Shown here piece by piece: positions 1 through 8,498 of a stretch of DNA of 64,000 bases. A program made the position numbers and the translations under genes. This DNA comes from Candidatus Moraniibacteriota bacterium (GTDB lineage Bacteria; Patescibacteriota; Minisyncoccia; Moranbacterales; UBA1568), in the NCBI GenBank assembly GCA_028688415.1, contig JAQTYF010000001.1, forward strand, positions 80,627 to 144,626, given 5' to 3'. Each line of letters opens with the position of its first letter. Positions within the stretch are counted from its first letter, which is position 1. The notes below the pieces were generated by a model. That model worked only from the letters and a program-made list of their open reading frames with translations. It was not told where the DNA came from and did no database searches.

Positions 1-66
1 ACTTTTTTTGTCTCGATTTTTTATTCTTTTATTGAAAAATGAAGTATTGATTAGAAATTCTTTTCT

Positions 67-774
67 ATGATCATCAGTGGTATTCAAAAATTCACTCTCT
101 TGGACTTTCCTGGGAAAATAGCGTGCATCATCTTTACCGGTGGGTGCAATTATCGTTGTGGTTTTTGTCACAATCCGGAATTTGTTCTGCCGGAAGAACT
201 GGCGAAGATTTCCAAGAATTTCATTCCCGAAGAAGTAGTATTCAATTTTCTGAAGGAACGACAAGGGATGCTTCAGGGAGTAGTGATTACGGGTGGCGAG
301 CCGACGATTATGCCTGATCTCGAAGCATTTATTATGAAAGTGCGAGCGCTCGGATTTGCCGTGAAGCTCGATTCCAATGGCAATCGTCCAGAAGTACTCC
401 GTTCACTTATCGAGAAAAAATTGGTAGACTATATCGCGATGGATTTCAAGACGAGTCTCCCAGAATATCAGAAGCTCGTCGGGAAGTGGGCCGACAGAGA
501 GAAATTGCAGGAGAGTATCGATATGCTCAAGGATGGGAATGTCGACTATGAATTTCGTTCTACACTCATCAGAGAAATTCACACACCAGAAATTCTGCAA
601 GCGATGAGTGAAACGCTCGAGGGAGCCAATCGCCTCTATCTCCAGACATTTCGTAACGGCATCACACTTCATCCTGATTTCAAGAACTACCACCCATTTT
701 CTTCTGATGAAATGGAAGATATCGCCAAGCTTTTCAGAACAACAATTTCGGAGGTGTTCGTCCGCGGAGAATAA
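67..774 (+). CDS. Radical SAM glycyl-radical-enzyme activating protein family (NrdG/PflA-like activase)
   Basis: Seen in translation: Cys cluster 'GGCNYRCGFCHNPEF' (CxxxCxxC) near the N-terminus and 'VITGGEPT' SAM-binding-like motif. 235 aa is the typical length for this activase family. An upstream partner gene would lie off-window. Confidence 0.6.
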   Translation: MIISGIQKFTLLDFPGKIACIIFTGGCNYRCGFCHNPEFVLPEELAKISKNFIPEEVVFNFLKERQGMLQGVVITGGEPTIMPDLEAFIMKVRALGFAVKLDSNGNRPEVLRSLIEKKLVDYIAMDFKTSLPEYQKLVGKWADREKLQESIDMLKDGNVDYEFRSTLIREIHTPEILQAMSETLEGANRLYLQTFRNGITLHPDFKNYHPFSSDEMEDIAKLFRTTISEVFVRGE

Positions 775-795
775 GAGATGTGCTAGAGTGGAGGT

Positions 796-1605
796 ATGAA
801 ACAGAAATTCCTCTTTATTCTTTTGATGTTTTGTACGCTCGGAATGGCGATAGGATTTTTTGTTGTTTCTGTTGTGAGACAATCGAATGTCACTTCGGTT
901 CAGGATATCCCTCAGGGAGAGAAGGTAGAAGAAGAAAAGAACAGACCAATTGTTACTTCAGATGAAAAGAAAGAGTCTGATGAAAACAGGTCTGTCGAAA
1001 GAGAACCAAAAAAAGTGAGAGAAAGTAGTTTCCTCGAGAACGTTCCTTTTACGACACAGGCACCATTCGGAGAATGGGATGATCCAGTGTTTCAGAACGG
1101 TTGCGAGGAGGCAGCTCTCGTGATGGCAGAGTATTGGCTCACAGGAAAACCGTTGACGAAAGAAATCGCCAAGAAAGAAATCATCGCTCTCTCGAAATTT
1201 CAGAAAAAGACAATAGGACAATCAATCGACACATCTACAGAAGATACGGAAAAACTTCTCAGAGAATATTATAGTGTCACGACATCGACTGTGCAGACAA
1301 ATATCACACTTCTCGATATACGGGAAGCACTTTCTTCTGGAGTGCTCGTCATCGTACCAGCGGATGGGAGGAAACTTCATAATCCGAATTACACACAACC
1401 AGGACCGACGACACATATGTTGGTTATCATCGGATATGATGCCGAAAAGCAGGAATTCATCACCAATGATTCAGGCACTCGGAATGGCAAGGGATATCGA
1501 TATAGGGAAGATGTCTTGTTTGAAGCGATCAGAGATTATCCTACGGGGAATCATCTGCCTATACCAAAAATCGAAAAGAGTATGATCATTGTGAGAAAAG
1601 AGTAG
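796..1605 (+). CDS. Membrane-anchored protein with C39-like (papain-fold) peptidase domain
   Basis: N-terminal hydrophobic helix (LFILLMFCTLGMAIGFFVVSVV). Segment 'QAPFGEWDDPVFQNGCEEAALVMAEYW' and downstream 'HMLVIIGYD' resemble the Q...C...H catalytic arrangement of the Peptidase_C39-like family. Family assignment is from memory. Confidence 0.45.
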   Translation: MKQKFLFILLMFCTLGMAIGFFVVSVVRQSNVTSVQDIPQGEKVEEEKNRPIVTSDEKKESDENRSVEREPKKVRESSFLENVPFTTQAPFGEWDDPVFQNGCEEAALVMAEYWLTGKPLTKEIAKKEIIALSKFQKKTIGQSIDTSTEDTEKLLREYYSVTTSTVQTNITLLDIREALSSGVLVIVPADGRKLHNPNYTQPGPTTHMLVIIGYDAEKQEFITNDSGTRNGKGYRYREDVLFEAIRDYPTGNHLPIPKIEKSMIIVRKE

Positions 1606-1659
1606 ATTTTTTGTGATATAATAGAGGTATAATATGCTAATTAAAAAAGACTGTCGTTT

Positions 1660-1795
1660 TTTACAAGAATCTTTCTGGGAGAGTTGGAGTTTTTTCGAGC
1701 ACGGTGCCGTCGTCTTCGACGGATCGAAAAAAATCCATAAGAGAAATTCACCGCTGGGTGAATGAATGGCTCCCAGAAAGGTTACTTGTAAAAAA
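1660..1795 (+). repeat. Intergenic structured repeat element, copy A (family also at 27381-27512 and 51918-51988)
   Basis: Shares 'caagaatctttctggga...gagca.ggt.ccg.cg..ttcg.cggatc.aaaaaa...ccgctggg...aatgg.tcc.a.aaaggtt.cttg' with copy B. Terminal arms are inverted complements of each other. Internal hairpin 'ccgtcgtcttcgacgg'. Preceded by extended -10-like 'tgtgatataat' and 'ggtataat'. Confidence 0.5.
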
Positions 1796-1816
1796 CATGG
1801 TAAATAATATACACCT

Positions 1817-2164
1817 ATGGGACTTTTTTTCTCATCGAAGAAACCAGCCGTTCCTACGACACCGAGTGCGAAAGGAAGCGTTTCTTTGGCACACAAATAT
1901 GATCGCAATAGTAGAGGGCGCATCACTGAAACGGAATTCAAATTTCTCGAAACGAGATTGAAACAAGAAATGAGTCATTCTGATGCGAAGCGAATTCTCG
2001 AGGGGATCCGTCCAAACCTCGATTCCGATGGACACTATGGTGGCAAGAATATCAGCACAAAAGAAGCGAATGACTCACTGGACTATATGAAAAGGAATCA
2101 TCACAGCGGATTGTCAAACAGCGATATCGAAAAAGCGCGAGATATTTTGAGCGAATACCAATAA
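1817..2164 (+). CDS. Hypothetical protein (115 aa), no recognisable domain
   Basis: Plus-strand ORF in an otherwise unannotated gap, same strand as neighbours. No motif recognised. Overlapping minus ORFs are judged spurious. Confidence 0.35.
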   Translation: MGLFFSSKKPAVPTTPSAKGSVSLAHKYDRNSRGRITETEFKFLETRLKQEMSHSDAKRILEGIRPNLDSDGHYGGKNISTKEANDSLDYMKRNHHSGLSNSDIEKARDILSEYQ

Positions 2165-2183
2165 TACGATTCTGGAAGTTTGT

Positions 2184-2741
2184 ATGAGAGAGATGACTGT
2201 GTCTGATGAAAATGGCAACATTGTCTGTGTGGTCAAGAAAAATATACGGGCTCGTGCTCTGCGACTGGTCATCCAGAAGGATGGAAGAATAACACTTACT
2301 CTTCCATTTTTCATTTCGTATGAGCAGGGGCGACGTTTTCTCCAGAGTAAGCAAGAATGGATTTGTGAGAAAGTACGAGCATTCCTCTCGGCACCACAGC
2401 ACCTCATCCATCGAGGGAGTGTAGAAGAATACAAGGCGTCTCAGAAAGAGGCAAGAAAACTTATTGAAGCTCGTCTCATATATTTCCAGAATGCGTACGA
2501 TGTACATTGGAATCGTGTGAGTATACGCAATCAAAGTACGCGCTGGGGGAGCTGCTCACGTCATGGCAACCTCTCATTCAACTACCGTTTGCTTCTCCTC
2601 CCTCCGCACCTCTGTGACTATGTGATTGTGCACGAACTCTGTCATTTGCGAGAAATGAATCATTCACCGAAATTCTGGGCACTCGTAGCGCTCACCTTTC
2701 CAGACTATAAGAAACTTCGACAAGAAATGCGATTGTTGTGA
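2184..2741 (+). CDS. YgjP/DUF45-family (M48-like) zinc metallohydrolase
   Basis: C-terminal motif 'HELCHLREMNHSPKFWALV' (HExxH...NHSxxFW) is characteristic of the YgjP/WLM-like metal-dependent hydrolase family. Confidence 0.7.
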   Translation: MREMTVSDENGNIVCVVKKNIRARALRLVIQKDGRITLTLPFFISYEQGRRFLQSKQEWICEKVRAFLSAPQHLIHRGSVEEYKASQKEARKLIEARLIYFQNAYDVHWNRVSIRNQSTRWGSCSRHGNLSFNYRLLLLPPHLCDYVIVHELCHLREMNHSPKFWALVALTFPDYKKLRQEMRLL

Positions 2742-2759
2742 AACATATGAGAAATCTAT

Positions 2760-3460
2760 AGTTTTTGATTTATCTTTTTAGAGAATTATCAAAAGCCAAT
2801 TTTTCATCATCGTTCCACCTCTCACAAGAGCTCTCAGTATTACGAAAAAAGCAGTCTCCAATCTACACAATCACAACTTCTTTTTTCGATCTGAGAGCTC
2901 TTGCTCAGTCAGTGTGGAAAGGATGATGAAAAATTCTTTTGACAATTCTCCTCACAAGTTGGGCTGTTTTATGAGAATGTGAGGTCTCTTCTCCTCTCTT
3001 TCAATACCCAAAAGAATTTTTTGTTGGTTGCTCCACTTGTTTGAGACGGCCTTCTTTGATCGAAAAATTTCCTATGGATGCCGTAGAATGAGGGAATATT
3101 TTTCATAAGCAAAGAAGGCCGGTGAGGCTGGAGCAGAGACAAAAGATTGCTTTTGGGTTTTGAAAGAGTTGCACTTCAGAATAGAATTCAGTTACTCAGG
3201 CTTGACAGGACTGCTTTTTCCTGCTTTAATGAAGTTCTTACTCTAGAGCCTTTTAGATGGTTCTACATTCCTTTGATTGAGTCATATCCTCTAATCTGAA
3301 GGGAAGAGATAAGACTTAATCACTAAGGGGTCTTTCCTTTTAGCACATTTCTTTGTTACAAGTTCCGGTACTCACCGCTGTATGCGACATACAGCTTGTT
3401 CTGTTCCTCACTTGCGCCTCGAACTGTACATAAAAGTAAAAAACCCTCTATATATCGAAT
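2760..3460 (+). promoter_or_regulatory. Roughly 700-nt ORF-free, hairpin-rich region upstream of DEAD-box helicase (candidate long structured 5' leader or unrecognised ncRNA)
   Basis: No + strand ORF of 60 aa or more. Multiple perfect inverted repeats: 2929-2941 'aaaaattcttttg' with 3009-3021 'caaaagaattttt'; 'gagctctcag'/'ctgagagctc'; 'ggccttctttg'/'caaagaaggcc'; 'cctcaca'/'tgtgagg'. Confidence 0.4.
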
Positions 3461-4666
3461 ATGTTTAGTAGAAACTCGAGGGGACGATCTCCTCAAAGAA
3501 GCGTGTCCGCAAACCGTGCTGGCCGACCAAATATGAGAGGACGACGCAAACGTCCCGCAGAGCGTGAGCTCGATTTCACACAATTTGTGAAAAAAGCAGT
3601 GCAAACAACAGAAGTAGAAGCTTTCAATCCGACACACAAGTTCGCTGATTTTGAAATGCACAGCAAATTGAAGGCCAATGTCGCCAAAGCAGGATATGTT
3701 CATCCGACACCTATTCAGGACGGGGCTATTCCTCATATTTTGGAAGGCAAAGATGTGATCGGCGTAGCGAACACTGGTACCGGGAAAACAGCAGCTTTCC
3801 TTTTGCCACTCATTCACAAGACATTCAAGCACCCGACAGAAAAAGTATTGATCATTATCCCAACTCGCGAACTCGCACTTCAGATCGAAGACGAACTCCG
3901 TAAATTTGCTGATGGATCAGGACTCCGTTCTGCACTTTGTATCGGTGGATCACACATGGGAGATCAGATTCGTAGTCTCTCCCGCAATCCGAGCTTTGTT
4001 ATCGGAACACCGGGACGATTGAAAGACCTCGTCGAACGTGGCAAACTCCATCTCACAGATTTCAACAATGTGGTGCTCGACGAAGTAGATCGTATGCTTG
4101 ATATGGGATTTATCAACGATATCAAATATCTCATCGCACTGCTCAAAACCCCTCGTCAGTCTCTTTTCTTCTCTGCTACGATGCCGAGAGAAATTGCAGA
4201 ATTGACCAAGAAGTTTTCGAACAACGCTGTGACCATCACGATCAAATCCCGAGCGACTTCAGAAAATGTCGATCAGGATGTCGTACGAGTCTTGCCGAAA
4301 GAAGACAAGCTCGAGGTACTCCATAACCTCCTCCTCAAACCAGAGTTTACGAAAGTCCTCATTTTCGGACGAACAAAACACGGTGTAGAGAAACTCGCGA
4401 TGCGTCTCGAAGAACGTGGTTTCAAATCTGATTCTATTCATGGTGATAAATCACAGTCTCAACGCCAGCGTGCCCTCCGTCGTTTCAAACAGGATGAAAT
4501 CATCATCCTCGTCGCAACCGATGTAGCTGCTCGTGGACTCGACATCCCGGATGTTTCACACGTCATCAACTACGAACTCCCGGAAAATTACGAAGACTAT
4601 ATCCACCGCATCGGTCGTACCGGTCGTGGATCCAAGAAAGGCAATGCTTTGACATTCGTCGACTAA
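3461..4666 (+). CDS. DEAD-box ATP-dependent RNA helicase with Arg-rich N-terminal extension
   Basis: Motifs seen: Q-motif region 'TPIQ', Walker A 'ANTGTGKTAAF', 'PTRELA', 'DEVD' box, 'SAT', 'HRIGRTGR'. Start may be at a downstream Met. Confidence 0.9.
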   Translation: MFSRNSRGRSPQRSVSANRAGRPNMRGRRKRPAERELDFTQFVKKAVQTTEVEAFNPTHKFADFEMHSKLKANVAKAGYVHPTPIQDGAIPHILEGKDVIGVANTGTGKTAAFLLPLIHKTFKHPTEKVLIIIPTRELALQIEDELRKFADGSGLRSALCIGGSHMGDQIRSLSRNPSFVIGTPGRLKDLVERGKLHLTDFNNVVLDEVDRMLDMGFINDIKYLIALLKTPRQSLFFSATMPREIAELTKKFSNNAVTITIKSRATSENVDQDVVRVLPKEDKLEVLHNLLLKPEFTKVLIFGRTKHGVEKLAMRLEERGFKSDSIHGDKSQSQRQRALRRFKQDEIIILVATDVAARGLDIPDVSHVINYELPENYEDYIHRIGRTGRGSKKGNALTFVD

Positions 4667-4746
4667 GCAGGAATCTTCATTCCAAGAAATACGAAGAATG
4701 TACTGAGCGGTTGAATCGCTCAGTGAAGTCTTCACTGGCAAAAAAA

Positions 4747-4779
4747 GTTCTGCTGTGTAGCAGGACTCTTTTTTTTAGG
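4747..4779 (+). terminator. Rho-independent terminator after helicase
   Basis: Hairpin 'gttctgct-gtgt-agcaggac' followed by a T9 run. Confidence 0.6.
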
Positions 4780-4800
4780 CTATACTAAAGAAGCTCTTTT

Positions 4801-5517
4801 TTGAAGATTACTATGCATTTCTTTCATGCTATCGAACAATTTATTACTCATTTTTCGACGACAGTGCCTCTGCCGGTGTTTGTGTTTGTAGGATCTTTTT
4901 TAGAAGAAGTCATTAGTCCTATCCCTTCTGCTCTCGTGATGGGAACGGCTGGGACGCTGGCGATGATTGAGGGCAATCCGTTCTCGTACCTTTTTCTTCT
5001 GGCCGCTATCGGCAACATAGGAAAGGCGAGTGGTGCCTGGATCTACTATTTCATCGGTGACAAACTTGAAAATATTCTCGTGAAGCCACTAACAAAATAT
5101 TTCGGTATCAATCATCATGATATCGAGAATATCGGAAAACGTTTTACAGGACATCACTGGAAGGATGGAGGTGTTTTGTTTCTTATCCGTCTCTTCCCAC
5201 CGTTCCCGACGACACCAGTTTCTCTTGCGTGTGGAATTATCAAGATGGATACCAGAGTGTTTCTCGCTGCGACCTACGCCGGGAACTTTTTCAAAGATCT
5301 TCTTTATCTGTATATCGGGTACGCAGGTTTCGCGAGTCTCCATTTTCTCTGGCATCAGACCAACAAAATGAAACTCGGAGTAGATATTATAGTTACATTG
5401 GCCATTATTGCATTTTTCGTCTTTTTATTCTTTCATCAGAGAAGGGGAAAGAAATTTCTTCGCCATTGTCAGAGTCATTCTGTTGATTTTTTGAATTTTT
5501 TGAAGAGAAAAAAATAG
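4801..5517 (+). CDS. DedA/VTT-domain family membrane protein
   Basis: Multi-pass hydrophobic profile and DedA-type motif 'FLEEVISPIPS'. Real start may be the Met at 4813 (MHFF...). Confidence 0.65.
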   Translation: MKITMHFFHAIEQFITHFSTTVPLPVFVFVGSFLEEVISPIPSALVMGTAGTLAMIEGNPFSYLFLLAAIGNIGKASGAWIYYFIGDKLENILVKPLTKYFGINHHDIENIGKRFTGHHWKDGGVLFLIRLFPPFPTTPVSLACGIIKMDTRVFLAATYAGNFFKDLLYLYIGYAGFASLHFLWHQTNKMKLGVDIIVTLAIIAFFVFLFFHQRRGKKFLRHCQSHSVDFLNFLKRKK

Positions 5518-5518
5518 T

Positions 5519-7606
5519 ATGTCCGTATTCACATTACGAAGCAAATACAAACCAGCAGGGGATCAGCCAGAGGCCATCGCTTCTTTGATGCGTGGATTGA
5601 AGAAAAAAATGCGGTTCCAGACACTCCTCGGTGTCACAGGATCAGGCAAGACTTTTACTGCGGCCAATATCATTGCTCAGAATGACCAACCGACCCTCGT
5701 CATCGCTCACAACAAGACACTCGCCGCTCAACTCGCACAGGAGTATCAGGAATTTTTTCCCGATCATGCCGTGCACTATTTCGTCTCATACTACGACTAC
5801 TATCAGCCAGAAGCATATATGCCAGCCTCTGATACGTACATCGAGAAAGACGCACAGATCAACGCAGAGATTGACCGTCTCCGTCACGCTACCACGCAGT
5901 CGCTCCTCACCCGTCGTGACGTGATCATTGTCGCTTCCGTTTCCTGTATCTATGGATTAGGGAGTCCAGAAGAATACAAGAAAGAAAATATGCATCTCGA
6001 AATCGGTATGCGGATGGTGCGGACAGAGCTCCTTCACAAGCTCGTCTCTATCTTCTTCGAACGCACCAATGCTGATCTTGGCCCGGGACAATTCCGTAGT
6101 ATCGGCAATCGAGTCGAGATCATGCCAATCTCGGATACATTCACCTATTTGCTCGAGATAGAGAGTGGGAAACTCGTACATATCACCAAGATCGATCCTG
6201 TCTCCCAAAAAATCCTCGATACACCAGAAAATATTTTTCTTTTTCCTGCAAAACATTTCATCACTGATCCAAAACAGAAAGAAAAAGCGATCGTCTCGAT
6301 CCGTCAGGAACTTACGAAACAATTGAAAGTACTGGAAGCTGAAGGCAAACCACTCGAGGTGGAGCGTCTGAAACGTCGGACGAACTATGATCTCGCGATG
6401 ATGCAGGAGATCGGCTATTGCAATGGTGTCGAGAACTATTCCCGTCATCTCTCTGGAAAAAAACCAGGTGATCCGCCAGAAACACTGCTCTCATATTTCC
6501 CACACCATGAGGATGGAACACCAGACTTCCTCACGATCATCGATGAGTCACACGTGACCATACCTCAACTGCGTGGTATGTATGCCGGTGACCAGTCTCG
6601 CAAGAAGACGCTCGTCGAATACGGTTTCCGTCTCCCGAGTGCTCTCGACAACAGACCACTCCGTTCTGAAGAATTCCTCGAACGAGTAGGACAGATTGTA
6701 TTCACTTCGGCGACACCAGCAGACTATGAACGAGAGGTGAGTAGCCAGATAGTGGAGCAGGTTATCCGACCGACTGGACTGATCGATCCTGAGACGACGG
6801 TGCTTCCTGTACGAGAGAAAGACGAGCCTGTCCGCAATGCTTCCGTTTCGGATGCAGGAGGGTATCCAGGACAGATCGGAGATTTTATCAGACAGACTGA
6901 AGAAGAAATAAAAAAGGGTGGACGTGTCATCGCGACGACACTGACGAAGAAAATGGCCGAAGACCTGAGTACCTATCTGAAAGAACGTGGCGTGAAAGCA
7001 GAATACCTCCACAGTGATATCAAAACGATCGATCGTATCAAAATCCTCACGTCTTTTCGTAAGGGTGATTTCGACTGTCTCGTCGGAGTGAACCTGCTCC
7101 GCGAAGGTCTCGATCTTCCCGAAGTTACATTCATCGGTATTCTCGATGCTGATAAAGAAGGATTCCTCCGCTCCGAGACATCGCTCATCCAGATCATCGG
7201 GAGGGCTGCTCGCAATGTGAACGGACGAGTCGTCCTCTATGCTGATCGTATGACGGGATCGATGGAATATGCTCTCCGCGAGACCAATCGTCGTAGGAAA
7301 TTGCAGATAGAATATAATACGAAACACGGTATCACTCCGCAAACCATTCAGAAAAAAATTCACGATATTACCGAATCGATGGAGAGCGATCATGCCAAAG
7401 CCGTACGTGCAAACGTCACCCTCGATGAAGAAATATTTGCCAAGAATCCAGAGAAACTCATCCGTTTGAAAGGAAAAGAAATGCAGTCAGCCGTGAAAGA
7501 ACTCGATTTCGAGACGGCCGCTATCCTCCGCGATGAGATACGTGCCCTCGAAGAATCGATAGGCGGGAAAAAGAAGAAGCGCCCCGTCCGTTCCAAGATG
7601 TTTTAG
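5519..7606 (+). CDS. uvrB: Excinuclease ABC subunit B (UvrB)
   Basis: Walker A 'GVTGSGKTFT', helicase motifs, and C-terminal UVR domain 'ETAAILRDEIRALEE'. 695 aa. Confidence 0.95.
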   Translation: MSVFTLRSKYKPAGDQPEAIASLMRGLKKKMRFQTLLGVTGSGKTFTAANIIAQNDQPTLVIAHNKTLAAQLAQEYQEFFPDHAVHYFVSYYDYYQPEAYMPASDTYIEKDAQINAEIDRLRHATTQSLLTRRDVIIVASVSCIYGLGSPEEYKKENMHLEIGMRMVRTELLHKLVSIFFERTNADLGPGQFRSIGNRVEIMPISDTFTYLLEIESGKLVHITKIDPVSQKILDTPENIFLFPAKHFITDPKQKEKAIVSIRQELTKQLKVLEAEGKPLEVERLKRRTNYDLAMMQEIGYCNGVENYSRHLSGKKPGDPPETLLSYFPHHEDGTPDFLTIIDESHVTIPQLRGMYAGDQSRKKTLVEYGFRLPSALDNRPLRSEEFLERVGQIVFTSATPADYEREVSSQIVEQVIRPTGLIDPETTVLPVREKDEPVRNASVSDAGGYPGQIGDFIRQTEEEIKKGGRVIATTLTKKMAEDLSTYLKERGVKAEYLHSDIKTIDRIKILTSFRKGDFDCLVGVNLLREGLDLPEVTFIGILDADKEGFLRSETSLIQIIGRAARNVNGRVVLYADRMTGSMEYALRETNRRRKLQIEYNTKHGITPQTIQKKIHDITESMESDHAKAVRANVTLDEEIFAKNPEKLIRLKGKEMQSAVKELDFETAAILRDEIRALEESIGGKKKKRPVRSKMF

Positions 7607-7617
7607 TCAAAAAAAAT

Positions 7618-8319
7618 ATGAACCCAGAAATTCGTGAACGATTCATCATTACTGCCGATGATTATGGAATCCGTCAAACAGCGGAGCCTATACTTCGTCT
7701 CGTACGTGCGGGCAAACTCGACCGTGTCGCCGTGATGATCCGCTATATCTCACCCGAGGAGGCACAGGCACTCCTTGAGACGGGCGTGAAAATTGATCTC
7801 CATCTCGAGCTTATCGATATATTAAAAAGCGGTGAGAAGATGTATGATGGAGTGATCAAACGCGGAATCAATTTCGTCTTTCGTCTCGGACTCGGTATCG
7901 TGACCGCAAAGAAAGCAGAGGAGGCATGGCGTACCCAGATCGATCATTTCCAGGAACTCTTCGGACGTGTGCCAGACGGACTCGACTCGCATGAGCATCT
8001 CCATTATTTCCCCTCATTTTTCAGAGCGTGTGCACGCCTCGCCGAGGAATATCATATTCCTTTCATTCGTTTTGGGAGAGAGGGACTCCTGCCAGGACTG
8101 CACGGATCTCTCACGGGGAAGATTCTTCATTTCTTCTCGAGGAGAACACAGAGACCGTTTGCTGAGACGCACCTCACCACGACTGACTATGTCGTCAGTC
8201 TCGACTGGTTTTCTGATTTCGCAGATTTCATCACCCATCTTCCGAAAGAGGGGACGATCGAGCTCGTCGTCCATCCCGAGCGAGACGAGGACTATGATTC
8301 AATATTGAAGCACTTCTAA
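7618..8319 (+). CDS. YdjC/ChbG-family carbohydrate deacetylase-like protein
   Basis: N-terminal 'FIITADDYGIRQ' matches the 'I(T)ADDFG' signature of the YdjC/ChbG family. Length is 233 aa. Confidence 0.65.
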   Translation: MNPEIRERFIITADDYGIRQTAEPILRLVRAGKLDRVAVMIRYISPEEAQALLETGVKIDLHLELIDILKSGEKMYDGVIKRGINFVFRLGLGIVTAKKAEEAWRTQIDHFQELFGRVPDGLDSHEHLHYFPSFFRACARLAEEYHIPFIRFGREGLLPGLHGSLTGKILHFFSRRTQRPFAETHLTTTDYVVSLDWFSDFADFITHLPKEGTIELVVHPERDEDYDSILKHF

Positions 8320-8321
8320 CA

Positions 8322-8346
8322 AGCCATTTGGTGGCTTTTTTTTCTT
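8322..8346 (+). terminator. Rho-independent terminator after ydjC-like gene
   Basis: 'aagccat-ttg-gtggctt' stem followed by a T9 run. A TTGACA box for the next gene overlaps its 3' end. An extended -10 'tggtatact' lies at 8468-8477. Confidence 0.5.
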
Positions 8347-8498
8347 GACAACCTTTCTCCCCAAGGTGTATCATGCTATATGTAACTAGAGTAAACAAAT
8401 AAAATACTCTGAGAAAAGAATCATTCTTTTTGATTCGCAATTGAGAGTTGATATTTCTCTCGTTCTCTGGTATACTACATTTCCTTTTGATGATATGT

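Noticed and set aside
6548-7393. 281-aa - strand ORF inside uvrB. Similar long antisense ORFs occur inside uvrC (11642-12256, 12322-12861), uvrA (13514-14065), lepA (50175-51167), the GT4 genes (54521-55036, 54990-55724) and the acidic protein (57006-57485, 57537-58061).
   Set aside because: All lie antisense to strongly supported conserved genes, and none has a recognisable motif. These are typical shadow ORFs.
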